Part shown: positions 19,121 through 27,377 of the stretch, in pieces | Layout: the number at the start of each line of letters is the position of its first letter | How positions within the stretch are numbered: position 1 is the first letter of the stretch | NCBI GenBank assembly: GCA_048886185.1 | Contig: JBHLKY010000004.1 | Span: 90,001 to 122,000 of the forward strand | From: Candidatus Hermodarchaeota archaeon | Lineage (GTDB): Archaea > Asgardarchaeota > Heimdallarchaeia > Hodarchaeales > Hodarchaeaceae | Direction of reading: 5' to 3' | Length of the DNA: 32,000 nt | Notes under the pieces: generated by a model | Seen by the model: only the letters and a program-made list of their open reading frames with translations | Databases searched by the model: none | Told to the model about the DNA's origin: nothing | Translations under genes and position numbers: made by a program

Positions 19121-20106
19121 AGAGTTCTAAACATATGCACTTCTCCACAAAAAAACCAAACATGGATTTCACCTTCAAAGCATTCATTATAGTAGTGCTG
19201 TGGGCAACTCCTCCCTTAGTATCAAAATTATGGGTTGGGTCAAAAGGAGTGTTTCCAGGTTTGTTTTTTGGTTTTCTTCGATATAGCATCGGATCATTCG
19301 TGTTGTTACTGGTTATAGTGTTTTATAAGAAATTCAAGAACTTTCAACTACTTTTAAAGGATCATTTTAAGCCTATTTTATTTTGTGCTCTCTGGTTAGT
19401 CTTAATGATAATTGGACAAAATTTTTCTGTTCTTTTTATCCTTGGAGGGAGTTCTTCTGTGCTTCTGAATTTTAATCCAGTTCTTATTTATCTATTTGCT
19501 CCTCTTTTATTCGTAGATGAACAATATACGCGCAAGAAAACCTTAGGGTTTTTTATCTCTTTTATTGGTATAGGATTAGTCTTCTTGGCTTCATTAGAGA
19601 TTAATTCTACGATATCAACAGAGTTTATTATTGGCTACGGTTTAGGATTCCTTTCTGGAATAGCTTGGGCTGGATATTCTATCTCATTAAAACGATTTTT
19701 CCAAGAAGGTAATTCTCAAGAAGTAACTGCTCTTAATCTTCTTGTTGCTGCGACTTTCCTTCTGATTTTTTCGATTATAACCGAACCTACTCCAACATCC
19801 GAAAGTTATACCCTTGAAAGTATTTGGGGAATCATTGTGATAGGTGTTGGGGCCGCAGCAATTGCTTTTACTCTCTATTTACAACTAGTTCAAAAATATG
19901 GAGCAACTCAAGCTGGAAACATACAATTTCTTATCCCTCTTGTCTCTTTATTGTTTGCATTCATTTTCTTGGGTGAATTCTCTCTCTATACTCTTATAGG
20001 AGGAATTTTGTGTGCAGTGGGAGTAGCGATGGTTAATTATGAAAGAATTGATAATAACAGAACAGTGGTTACCTCCTTAATTGAAAAATCTATTTGTGTT
20101 GAGTAA
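19117..20106 (+). CDS. DMT/EamA-family transporter
   Basis: About 10 TM in two repeats. LWATPP, FLRYSIG, LLNFNPVL, GIAWAGYSI, IQFLIPLVSLLFAFIFLGE. GTGA overlap with the GNAT stop. Confidence 0.9.
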   Translation: MKSSKHMHFSTKKPNMDFTFKAFIIVVLWATPPLVSKLWVGSKGVFPGLFFGFLRYSIGSFVLLLVIVFYKKFKNFQLLLKDHFKPILFCALWLVLMIIGQNFSVLFILGGSSSVLLNFNPVLIYLFAPLLFVDEQYTRKKTLGFFISFIGIGLVFLASLEINSTISTEFIIGYGLGFLSGIAWAGYSISLKRFFQEGNSQEVTALNLLVAATFLLIFSIITEPTPTSESYTLESIWGIIVIGVGAAAIAFTLYLQLVQKYGATQAGNIQFLIPLVSLLFAFIFLGEFSLYTLIGGILCAVGVAMVNYERIDNNRTVVTSLIEKSICVE

Positions 20107-20198
20107 AAGTTTACCAATTGTTAAAACTTAATAAAATAAACCTTTTGGTGCATCTTATAGAATTAATCTCCTTTTTAATCAAAGGATGCCCAAATTAA

Positions 20199-21479
20199 TT
20201 GACAGAAAAACCAACCAAGGGAATAGGACCGAAGCTTAGCCTTTTTTCTGCAACAATAGTACATTGTTCTGTGGAGATACCTTTTTTTATTTTTCCTGTA
20301 GTTTTATTACTTGTTGGGAAAGATCTTTTTCCAGTCGAATCTGCACTGACCTGGATCGGCCTTGGTGCCTTAGGGACTGTGGGAACTCTCGCGGCTGGCC
20401 TCCCCTCACCATTTTTTGGGAAGCTTGCCGATAAATATCGTCGGAGTACTTTAATGTTTGTTAGTTTGATATTAGCTGCCTCAGGGTCTTTGGGTGTTGG
20501 TTTGTTTGGAGAATCTTTTGTCGTTATGTTCGTATGTGTTATTTTAATGGGTCTTGGTCTTGCTTTATACCATCCTGCTGGATTATCATGGATTTCAACT
20601 ATATTCGAGGATCCAAAAACCCATGCTTTTTCAAACAAATATGTCCGTATCTTAGCACTTCATGGAATAGGAGGTAGCACAGGAGCTTCTATTGGCCCTT
20701 TATCGGTTTATTTCCTAATTAATACAACTGGATGGCGTTCTATCTATCTGTATTGGTCCTTTCCTCTAATCCTCCTAGCAGTCTTATTCTGGATTCTAAT
20801 TGGAAGGTTTGAACAATCTGTTGATTGTTCTGAATTCTCTCCCTCTGAGGAAAACATTCCTATTAAAAAAGAAAATAATAAAATCATTTCAAATTGGAGT
20901 CAATATTCAGTAATCATATTGATCTTTAGTTTTATAACGGTAATGTCATTAACTAGAGGTATGGTGAACTTCATTCTCTCGCCCTTCCTTTCTGAGGTGA
21001 AAAATATCGAAATTGCAACTGCTGCTCTCTTTATTGGTCTTTCAACCTTGATAGGATCAACAGCTCAGATTTTAGGTGGTTTTTTCGGAGATAAATATGG
21101 AGAACGATTAATGCTTCAAATTAGTGCTTTTCTCCAAATATTTGCACTCGTTGGGATTTTTATTATTTTTGTTAAAGAGGTAATTTTTCTTTTATATGTC
21201 CTTCTGGGAATGATTAACGCATTATTTTGGCCCTCAACTAATAGTTTAGTAGCTAAAAATTCAAGAACAGAAAGGGGAAAAGCATTTGGGTGGGTAATGT
21301 TAGTTGCAAATCTGATTGGTGCTCTTGGGCCATCTATTGATGGCTTTTTGCGTGGAATTGATCCAAATCAATATTTGCTAATTTTCGGATTTTCCATTGT
21401 TTTTTCATTATGTGGATTTATTTTTCTAATTTTCTTAAATACCTCATCAACAAAAAATACAACCAAAAACTTCATTTAG
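20199..21479 (+). CDS. MFS transporter
   Basis: 12-TM pattern. Motif A-like GKLADKYRRS and GFFGDKYGER, plus GLGLALYHPAG (Fsr-like). Confidence 0.9.
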   Translation: MTEKPTKGIGPKLSLFSATIVHCSVEIPFFIFPVVLLLVGKDLFPVESALTWIGLGALGTVGTLAAGLPSPFFGKLADKYRRSTLMFVSLILAASGSLGVGLFGESFVVMFVCVILMGLGLALYHPAGLSWISTIFEDPKTHAFSNKYVRILALHGIGGSTGASIGPLSVYFLINTTGWRSIYLYWSFPLILLAVLFWILIGRFEQSVDCSEFSPSEENIPIKKENNKIISNWSQYSVIILIFSFITVMSLTRGMVNFILSPFLSEVKNIEIATAALFIGLSTLIGSTAQILGGFFGDKYGERLMLQISAFLQIFALVGIFIIFVKEVIFLLYVLLGMINALFWPSTNSLVAKNSRTERGKAFGWVMLVANLIGALGPSIDGFLRGIDPNQYLLIFGFSIVFSLCGFIFLIFLNTSSTKNTTKNFI

Positions 21480-21502
21480 TCACAAAGTGGTAAATTATAG
21501 AA

Positions 21503-22156
21503 ATGGCTACAATACTGATGACATTAGCAGAAACAAAAGCACCAAATAAATATGAGTGGTCAATAAATCTCTTGACTTTAGGACGCCGTGGAAGAATCTA
21601 CGACTATCTAAAGCAGAAATATCTTCAGGAGAGTCAATTATTACTTGATGCAGGATGCGGTACTGGCCGGTTTATGGAGGTTGCAGATACCTCTTGGATA
21701 ACCTCGATTGGTATTGATGTTTCTGAGGGTATGCTTCAAGAAGCACAGAAGAGATTTATAGGCAAAAAACATGATCACTCTCTTATTCAAGCATCGATAA
21801 CTTCTTTACCCGTGAAATCTGAAGTTTTTGACGTAGTTATTTGCAATTTGGTTTTATCAGAATTAAATTATCAACAAGTGCAGGATTCAATTAATGAATT
21901 TATATTTTGTCTGAAAAAAGGTGGGCTTCTTCTTATTGTTACTGAATCAGTTCCTAAAAGTAAGTTCAAACGTTCAATCATCAATATTGCAAGAGTTCCT
22001 GCTTTCATGATAGCTTCACTAATTAGTAAAACTCCAAAACATCCGATTCACGATATAATGACACCTCTCTCACGTTGGGGCTCTATTATTGATCAAAAAA
22101 CTTACCTTGGTGGATATCTCACATTGTTTGCTATAAAGAAAAATGATAACAAGTAA
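21503..22156 (+). CDS. Class I SAM-dependent methyltransferase, resembling corrinoid-protein-associated methyltransferases (CpaM-like)
   Basis: Motif I LLDAGCGTG, GIDVSEGML, FDVVICNLVLSEL, LKKGGLLLI. The N-terminus ILMTLAETKAPNKYEWSINLLTLGR matches my recollection of the CpaM family, which is unverified. Confidence 0.8.
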   Translation: MATILMTLAETKAPNKYEWSINLLTLGRRGRIYDYLKQKYLQESQLLLDAGCGTGRFMEVADTSWITSIGIDVSEGMLQEAQKRFIGKKHDHSLIQASITSLPVKSEVFDVVICNLVLSELNYQQVQDSINEFIFCLKKGGLLLIVTESVPKSKFKRSIINIARVPAFMIASLISKTPKHPIHDIMTPLSRWGSIIDQKTYLGGYLTLFAIKKNDNK

Positions 22157-22189
22157 GAGTATAAATGCTGAAAAAATCCTCAAAGTAGA

Positions 22190-22208
22190 CTTATAAGTTT
22201 ATATATAA
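22190..22208 (+). promoter_or_regulatory. Putative TATA box upstream of the HgcA-like gene
   Basis: CTTATAAGTTTATATATAA in the 89-nt gap, about 40 nt before the start codon. Confidence 0.4.
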
Positions 22209-22245
22209 TCTAAATTTTTAACATGTTTATCGGAAAAGTCTGATC

Positions 22246-23229
22246 GTGGTCATGATGAATATATCAGACGTAATTAAAGAAGTAATTTCGATTGTGATTG
22301 CAGGACTCGCATTCCCAGGTCTAAATTTGAAGGTAAGACCTGGACTTTATCCAAATGGAAATCCTGGTCCTTCTGAAGAATCTCCTGTGTTGGTAAGTTC
22401 AAACTATTTTGTGACAAAAAAAAGAGTAGTTTCTTACTTAAAAAATCAGAATATTGCTTCATGGTTACTAATTGTTGACACCGAGGGTGTAAATGTTTGG
22501 TGTTCTGCTGCAGGTGGTCATTTCACTGCTGAGAAGATCCTCGCCCAAATAGAAGACACAGATCTGTCAGAGGTAATCAATCATCGTCAATTGATACTTC
22601 CACAGCTATCTGCTGCTGGAGTTGATCATACTCTACTAAAAAAAGTTGGATGGGAAGTCCATTTTGGTCCTGTAGATATCGAAGATTTGGGGACGTACCT
22701 AAAGAATAATCATATAAAAACAGTTGATATGTCTCTAATCAAATTCAATCTAAAAAGACGTATAGAGAATACTATCTCTCATAATTTCTTTATTTCTTTG
22801 ATTTTAATTCCATTAATATTAGGAATTGCAGTTTTAGCCCAACCACTGGGCTTTCTCCTACAACCTTGGTCTCGGTGGTTAATAAACAATATCTTTTTTC
22901 TCTTGACTTATATTTGGTTCTTTGGGTTATTATTTGGTCTTCTTTATCCTTATCTCCCATTTAATTCTGGATTTTTCAAAGGAATTATCTTATCGGCATT
23001 TCTGACTCCATTTTCTATCTTGATTTTTATGACAAGTCCTATTTTGGAATCTGCTTTAGGACTTGGTACTATCCTCCTCTATAATGTTATTATTAGTACA
23101 GATTTTGATGGATTCACACCTCTTTGGGGAACTGACTTTATCATCAAAGATTATATCCTTCTAGCTGGAGCAGCTGGATTAATTATTATAGGATTAATAA
23201 TTACACCATTTATTATTGGAGTTTTGTAG
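22246..23229 (+). CDS. HgcA-like corrinoid protein (CdhD/E-like cobalamin-binding domain + 5 TM)
   Basis: VRPGLY..GNP..ESPVLVSSNY, LLIVDTEGVNVWCSAAGGHF (cap helix), HRQLILPQLSAAG, GWEVHFGPV, then five TM segments with DFDGFTP before the last. Confidence 0.9.
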   Translation: MVMMNISDVIKEVISIVIAGLAFPGLNLKVRPGLYPNGNPGPSEESPVLVSSNYFVTKKRVVSYLKNQNIASWLLIVDTEGVNVWCSAAGGHFTAEKILAQIEDTDLSEVINHRQLILPQLSAAGVDHTLLKKVGWEVHFGPVDIEDLGTYLKNNHIKTVDMSLIKFNLKRRIENTISHNFFISLILIPLILGIAVLAQPLGFLLQPWSRWLINNIFFLLTYIWFFGLLFGLLYPYLPFNSGFFKGIILSAFLTPFSILIFMTSPILESALGLGTILLYNVIISTDFDGFTPLWGTDFIIKDYILLAGAAGLIIIGLIITPFIIGVL

Positions 23230-23232
23230 ATC

Positions 23233-23451
23233 ATGGTAATTCATTTTAATCAAAAACGATGTATTGGATGTCACTTCTGTATTCAAGTGTGTCCTCGTGG
23301 ATGTTTCGAATTTAATGCTGAAAAAAATAAAGCTGATGTTATTAATCCCATTTTTTGCTTGAAATGTCGAGCATGTGAACTTAATTGTGAAGGAAATGCA
23401 TTAAAGATAGAGAAATTCATTTTTCATAATTTTCTACAGCAATTAATATAA
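23233..23451 (+). CDS. 2x[4Fe-4S] ferredoxin, HgcB-like
   Basis: CIGCHFCIQVCP and CLKCRACELNC cluster motifs. Starts 3 nt after the HgcA-like stop. No Cys after the second cluster motif. Confidence 0.9.
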   Translation: MVIHFNQKRCIGCHFCIQVCPRGCFEFNAEKNKADVINPIFCLKCRACELNCEGNALKIEKFIFHNFLQQLI

Positions 23452-23549
23452 TTTTAACCATATAAAGATGAACCTATTTTAGGGAGTCGATCTCAGAGTA
23501 TGATTAGAAGTAGCATTTATAGGATGTGTGAAAGAAGAAATCATGGGAT

Positions 23550-24101
23550 TTAAGAGTTAATTATACCTTGTCGGATTAGAATTTCTTTCGTTAGATGGAA
23601 AAAGGCTTCACGTACATTTTTATCGCGATAAGCTGAAGTCTCAAGGTACTTAATTGGCTTAAAATCTGGAATTATATCATCTTCAAGATAACTATAATCT
23701 ATACTTATCATTTCTTCAAGGTCAGATTTATTACCAATTAAAATCTTTGGAATGTACTCTCCAAGTCGTTTGTCGATTTGTTCCTTCCATTCGTATAGCT
23801 CTTCAAGTGTCTCGGGTCTTGTGAGATCGAAAACCAAAAGAGCCCCATTAGCTTTCCTGAAAAAAATCTCCCTTAAAGTTTGGAAACGTTTCTGTCCTGC
23901 AACATCAAAGATAACCAGATTAACAAGAGTTCCATCAACTTCAATTCTACGATTGGTGGGATCTAAGCCCACTGTCAACAAATAGTTGAACTCGAATTTG
24001 TCCTCTACATAACGACGTACAATTGAAGTTTTACCTACAGCACCCGCTCCACAAATAATAATTTTAAGATGAAATTTTGCCTTCTGATCGTCATAGTTCA
24101 T
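23550..24101 (-). CDS. Rab-like small GTPase (second paralog)
   Basis: G1 GAGAVGKTS, G2 YLLTVGLD, G3 FDVAGQKRF, LVFDLT, G4 NKSD, G5 ETSAY. No C-terminal Cys motif. Confidence 0.95.
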   Translation of the reverse strand: MNYDDQKAKFHLKIIICGAGAVGKTSIVRRYVEDKFEFNYLLTVGLDPTNRRIEVDGTLVNLVIFDVAGQKRFQTLREIFFRKANGALLVFDLTRPETLEELYEWKEQIDKRLGEYIPKILIGNKSDLEEMISIDYSYLEDDIIPDFKPIKYLETSAYRDKNVREAFFHLTKEILIRQGIINS

Positions 24102-24355
24102 TTGGTTTCACTTGAAATTGTCTTTTAAGAAGAAAAAGAAGTGATAATTTTAAAATATACTCATTATGAATTATAACTGAATCTTAAACTCATAACAATA
24201 GCCGATCGATAATCAGTAAAAATCTATTGTAAGTTAAACTTTTTAACGATAGGCATTTAACATCATTAAAAAACTGTTGTTTTTTCCTATAGATAAGATT
24301 CCCTTTCTTGATTACTATAAAATAGATCAACTTTTTAAAAACGGAGTTTAGGCAA

Positions 24356-26227
24356 GTGACATCAATTATAACAGAACTGAGTCGTATTCCATGGAAAGAA
24401 TACCTTAAAAGTCAATTATACAAGATATTTGGTTTCTTAATCATTGCTCTTTTGATTATTGGCGTGATGATAGTTTCTCAAGACATCGATCTTTCAACTG
24501 CTTCGATAAACGATCCAAAATATATTATCGCAGTTCTTCTTTCGAGTCTTTGCTTTTTTTTAGTACTCATTGGTTTTTCCAAGATTATACTCTTCGATAT
24601 GGCATCTGAATTTGGTTTACGCGATGAGGAATCTAATCAGATAGTATACAATACTCGATTTTTTCTTTTTTCAGCTTTAGCTTTATCATTTTGTTGTGCT
24701 ATTTATTTATTACTCGATGTTTTCCTTTACCAAGAAAATCCAGCCTTAAATTTAAAATCAACTTATCTTGAGCTACTTCCTGTATTAGCTATGGAATGGG
24801 TGCTTGTTGCTTCTGAAGCAACTATTCCTAATCTCACAGAGAAGATAGGAACAGGAAAAGAATTTTATCAAACGGCTCGGAACATATATTTTGCCTTTTT
24901 TTTCCTAATTATCATTGCATTCTCATTATTAGTTTTCTTATCCATTTTGACAAGCTTTGCACGTAATAGAGTAGTTTCAAAATTTAAAAAAGAAGAAGAA
25001 ATAAACGAAGAGGAGGAGAATAAGCGTCTTTATAAGATAATAGCTTGGTTTGGGATCCCAATATTCAGCTTATTTCTATCCACTTTTTTGGCTTCTTCTA
25101 TGGGACCGATTATTGCAATTATCCTTATTGGACTATTCATCTGGTGGATATACCAATTAGTAAAGTTTATCTTTCTAGTTTTAATAAAAGGACTTAAAAT
25201 TACTGCATTTATAACAAGTGTTAATTTTTTATTGATTATTCCATTGATTGGCATATTATATCTACTACCAGTAGTATCTTGGACATTATGGGATATCTTC
25301 TTTGAAAGTAAGACTGATATTTGGGGAGTGTTTGTAGGACGTGCTTTTGATGTCATCAACATAGTTCAACTCGACTTTGTTTTTATTACTATGATTGCTA
25401 CTATTATTGTTGGATTTGCAGAGGGATTTGCAATCGTTGCTATACTCACAGCGATTTCTAGAGGCGCAGAAGTCGCTCGAACAGGACGAGTTCTAACTCG
25501 TTCCCCTCCAAAAGTAGCTGTGATTATGAAATATTTGATTATGTTTTCAGCATGGCTAGGATTATCTTGGAATAGTTTACGTGGTATTCTTGAAGTTCTA
25601 AAAGAAGAGCTCCAGCTTACGCTACCACAGTTCTTAGAAGATTTTCTTTCAGTTCCCTCAATAGTCTACTTAATTTATGAAGAACTAGTGATCCCATTGT
25701 CAGAATGGCTTGAGGTTCTATGGCCAACATTTAAATACATACCATTTCTACTCTTACCACTTTATTTCATTATTGCTGCTGCCTTTAAATTTCTTTCAGT
25801 TACTCTCGTTACCCCACGGGTTAAAGAACGTCTTTCTGTATTTTTTCTTCTTATCTCAACTGCTTTTGTATTGATCATAACAAATATTCTAGGTGACATC
25901 TATGAGCTACATGAAGTAAATCCACTTCTTTATGCCGATGCGCCTCTCTTAAGCCAAGGTTTTGTCGATATTCTCTATCGTGCTGTTGTTTATTTTGAGT
26001 ATGTTGAATCAGTAGCATTCTACATTGGATTTATTTTTGGGTTTGTTTGGGTTATTCGAAAAATTATAAAAAGTCGAAGTAAAAGCAGTTTAGAGACATT
26101 TCAACCAGAAGAAAGACGAATCCCTGAATCACCTAATTTATCTCTGACACCAGATGTAAAGGGATCTGATGAGGATATTCAGCAACCAGATTCCAATCCT
26201 CTAGCTCAAAATGATCTGAATGGGTGA
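24356..26227 (+). CDS. Uncharacterised polytopic membrane protein (about 13-14 TM)
   Basis: 623-aa ORF, GTG start with GGAG upstream. Many hydrophobic segments, an acidic loop KKEEEINEEEENKR, and a disordered-looking C-tail. No family recognised. Confidence 0.8.
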   Translation: MTSIITELSRIPWKEYLKSQLYKIFGFLIIALLIIGVMIVSQDIDLSTASINDPKYIIAVLLSSLCFFLVLIGFSKIILFDMASEFGLRDEESNQIVYNTRFFLFSALALSFCCAIYLLLDVFLYQENPALNLKSTYLELLPVLAMEWVLVASEATIPNLTEKIGTGKEFYQTARNIYFAFFFLIIIAFSLLVFLSILTSFARNRVVSKFKKEEEINEEEENKRLYKIIAWFGIPIFSLFLSTFLASSMGPIIAIILIGLFIWWIYQLVKFIFLVLIKGLKITAFITSVNFLLIIPLIGILYLLPVVSWTLWDIFFESKTDIWGVFVGRAFDVINIVQLDFVFITMIATIIVGFAEGFAIVAILTAISRGAEVARTGRVLTRSPPKVAVIMKYLIMFSAWLGLSWNSLRGILEVLKEELQLTLPQFLEDFLSVPSIVYLIYEELVIPLSEWLEVLWPTFKYIPFLLLPLYFIIAAAFKFLSVTLVTPRVKERLSVFFLLISTAFVLIITNILGDIYELHEVNPLLYADAPLLSQGFVDILYRAVVYFEYVESVAFYIGFIFGFVWVIRKIIKSRSKSSLETFQPEERRIPESPNLSLTPDVKGSDEDIQQPDSNPLAQNDLNG

Positions 26228-26262
26228 TATTTGTCCCCAAAAGTTTTTCAGGTAGCCTAGGA

Positions 26263-26796
26263 ATGCAATTCTTAATCGGAATAACTGGTCTTATGGGAAG
26301 TGGAAAATCTACAGCTGCAGATCATATTGTAAAAAAGTATGGATTTACACGAATGAGGCTTTCTGGAAAGATGCGAGAAATTGGTATTGAATTGGGTTTA
26401 GAAATCACTCGGGATTTTCTTCAAAGCTGTGGGAAGTTTTTCCGAGAATTTGATGACGATATCTGGGTGAGATATCTTGTTAGAGAAATTCAAAAAACCT
26501 CAGCTTCAATAGTAATCGATGACATAAGAAGAATGAATGAAGTGGTTTATCTGAAACCTCTTGGCTTTAAATTCATCAGAATTCAATCGTCTTCTGAAAA
26601 ACGTAGGACAAGAATTGAAGTTCGGGGGAAAAAAAGGATCTCAAACTTGGATTGGAAAAGATGGTCTGACCATTTAACTGAAACTCAAGTCCTTCAGCTT
26701 CCTGTTGATTATATTATCGAAAATGATGGGTCACTAGAAGAGTTAAGAATAAAAATAGATGCTGTTATGGAAAAGGTTTTAGGACAAGATAATTAA
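26263..26796 (+). CDS. P-loop NMP-kinase-fold protein (dephospho-CoA-kinase-like / dNMP-kinase-like; substrate unknown)
   Basis: LIGITGLMGSGKST, IVIDDIRRMNE, HLTE, DYIIENDGSLEEL. ATG26263 is preferred over GTG26224. Confidence 0.8.
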   Translation: MQFLIGITGLMGSGKSTAADHIVKKYGFTRMRLSGKMREIGIELGLEITRDFLQSCGKFFREFDDDIWVRYLVREIQKTSASIVIDDIRRMNEVVYLKPLGFKFIRIQSSSEKRRTRIEVRGKKRISNLDWKRWSDHLTETQVLQLPVDYIIENDGSLEELRIKIDAVMEKVLGQDN

Positions 26797-26811
26797 TTTT
26801 CGACCACTCTA

Positions 26812-27228
26812 TTAACTATCTTCATACTCCTTCAGGAGATCTAAAGAACCTTTCATCTTTTTAACAACTTTTTCTTTCTTTCGTGAAGCTAATGCCCCTT
26901 TTAACTCATCAACACTGAATTGTTCGTCTGAATGCTTTTGATCCCCTCCCATCCCAGCGAGGAAAGTTGCCTGTCCCCCTAGGGGGATATCACGCGATTT
27001 TGGTTTCATTTGACGGATATACACTTGTAGAGAATCAATGAAGTTTCTCCCTACTTTAAGGAGTAAATCATCAATCGAACCTGGATTATTAGTGCCATAC
27101 TCAACGCCACGCCGAATTTCATTAATTTGATTAGTTAATTCTTGAGGATTTGTCCGATTTGCGATCAAATCGAGTAATTTTTTAATTTCTTGGTTAAACC
27201 AAGCCGTATAATCAGTTGAATTTGTCAT
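26812..27228 (-). CDS. Hypothetical helical protein
   Basis: 138-aa ORF with ATG start and natural amphipathic-helix composition. It fills the gap between neighbouring genes without overlap. Confidence 0.65.
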   Translation of the reverse strand: MTNSTDYTAWFNQEIKKLLDLIANRTNPQELTNQINEIRRGVEYGTNNPGSIDDLLLKVGRNFIDSLQVYIRQMKPKSRDIPLGGQATFLAGMGGDQKHSDEQFSVDELKGALASRKKEKVVKKMKGSLDLLKEYEDS

Positions 27229-27377
27229 GAGGAGTAACCTTCAATATCTTAAATAAAAAGTATTTCGTTTTTATTTATTAGTTCCTATTCATTTTATGTG
27301 CATATTTTCGTAGTTTCTCAAGGAAATGAGTAAATATTCTATCTTAATAGGTTAATCATGACTTCTGAATTTTTATT

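Noticed and set aside
22246-23451. Calling these genes bona fide hgcA/hgcB (mercury methylation)
   Set aside because: The cap helix is NVWCSAAG rather than N(V/I)WCA(A/G)GK, and the ferredoxin lacks the post-cluster and C-terminal Cys residues. Reported as hgcAB-like only.
26812-26930. WH2/actin-binding-like reading of SVDELKGALASRKKEKVVKK in the 138-aa protein
   Set aside because: There is no proper LKKV/LRKT motif at the right spacing, and the similarity is only generic amphipathic helix plus Lys.
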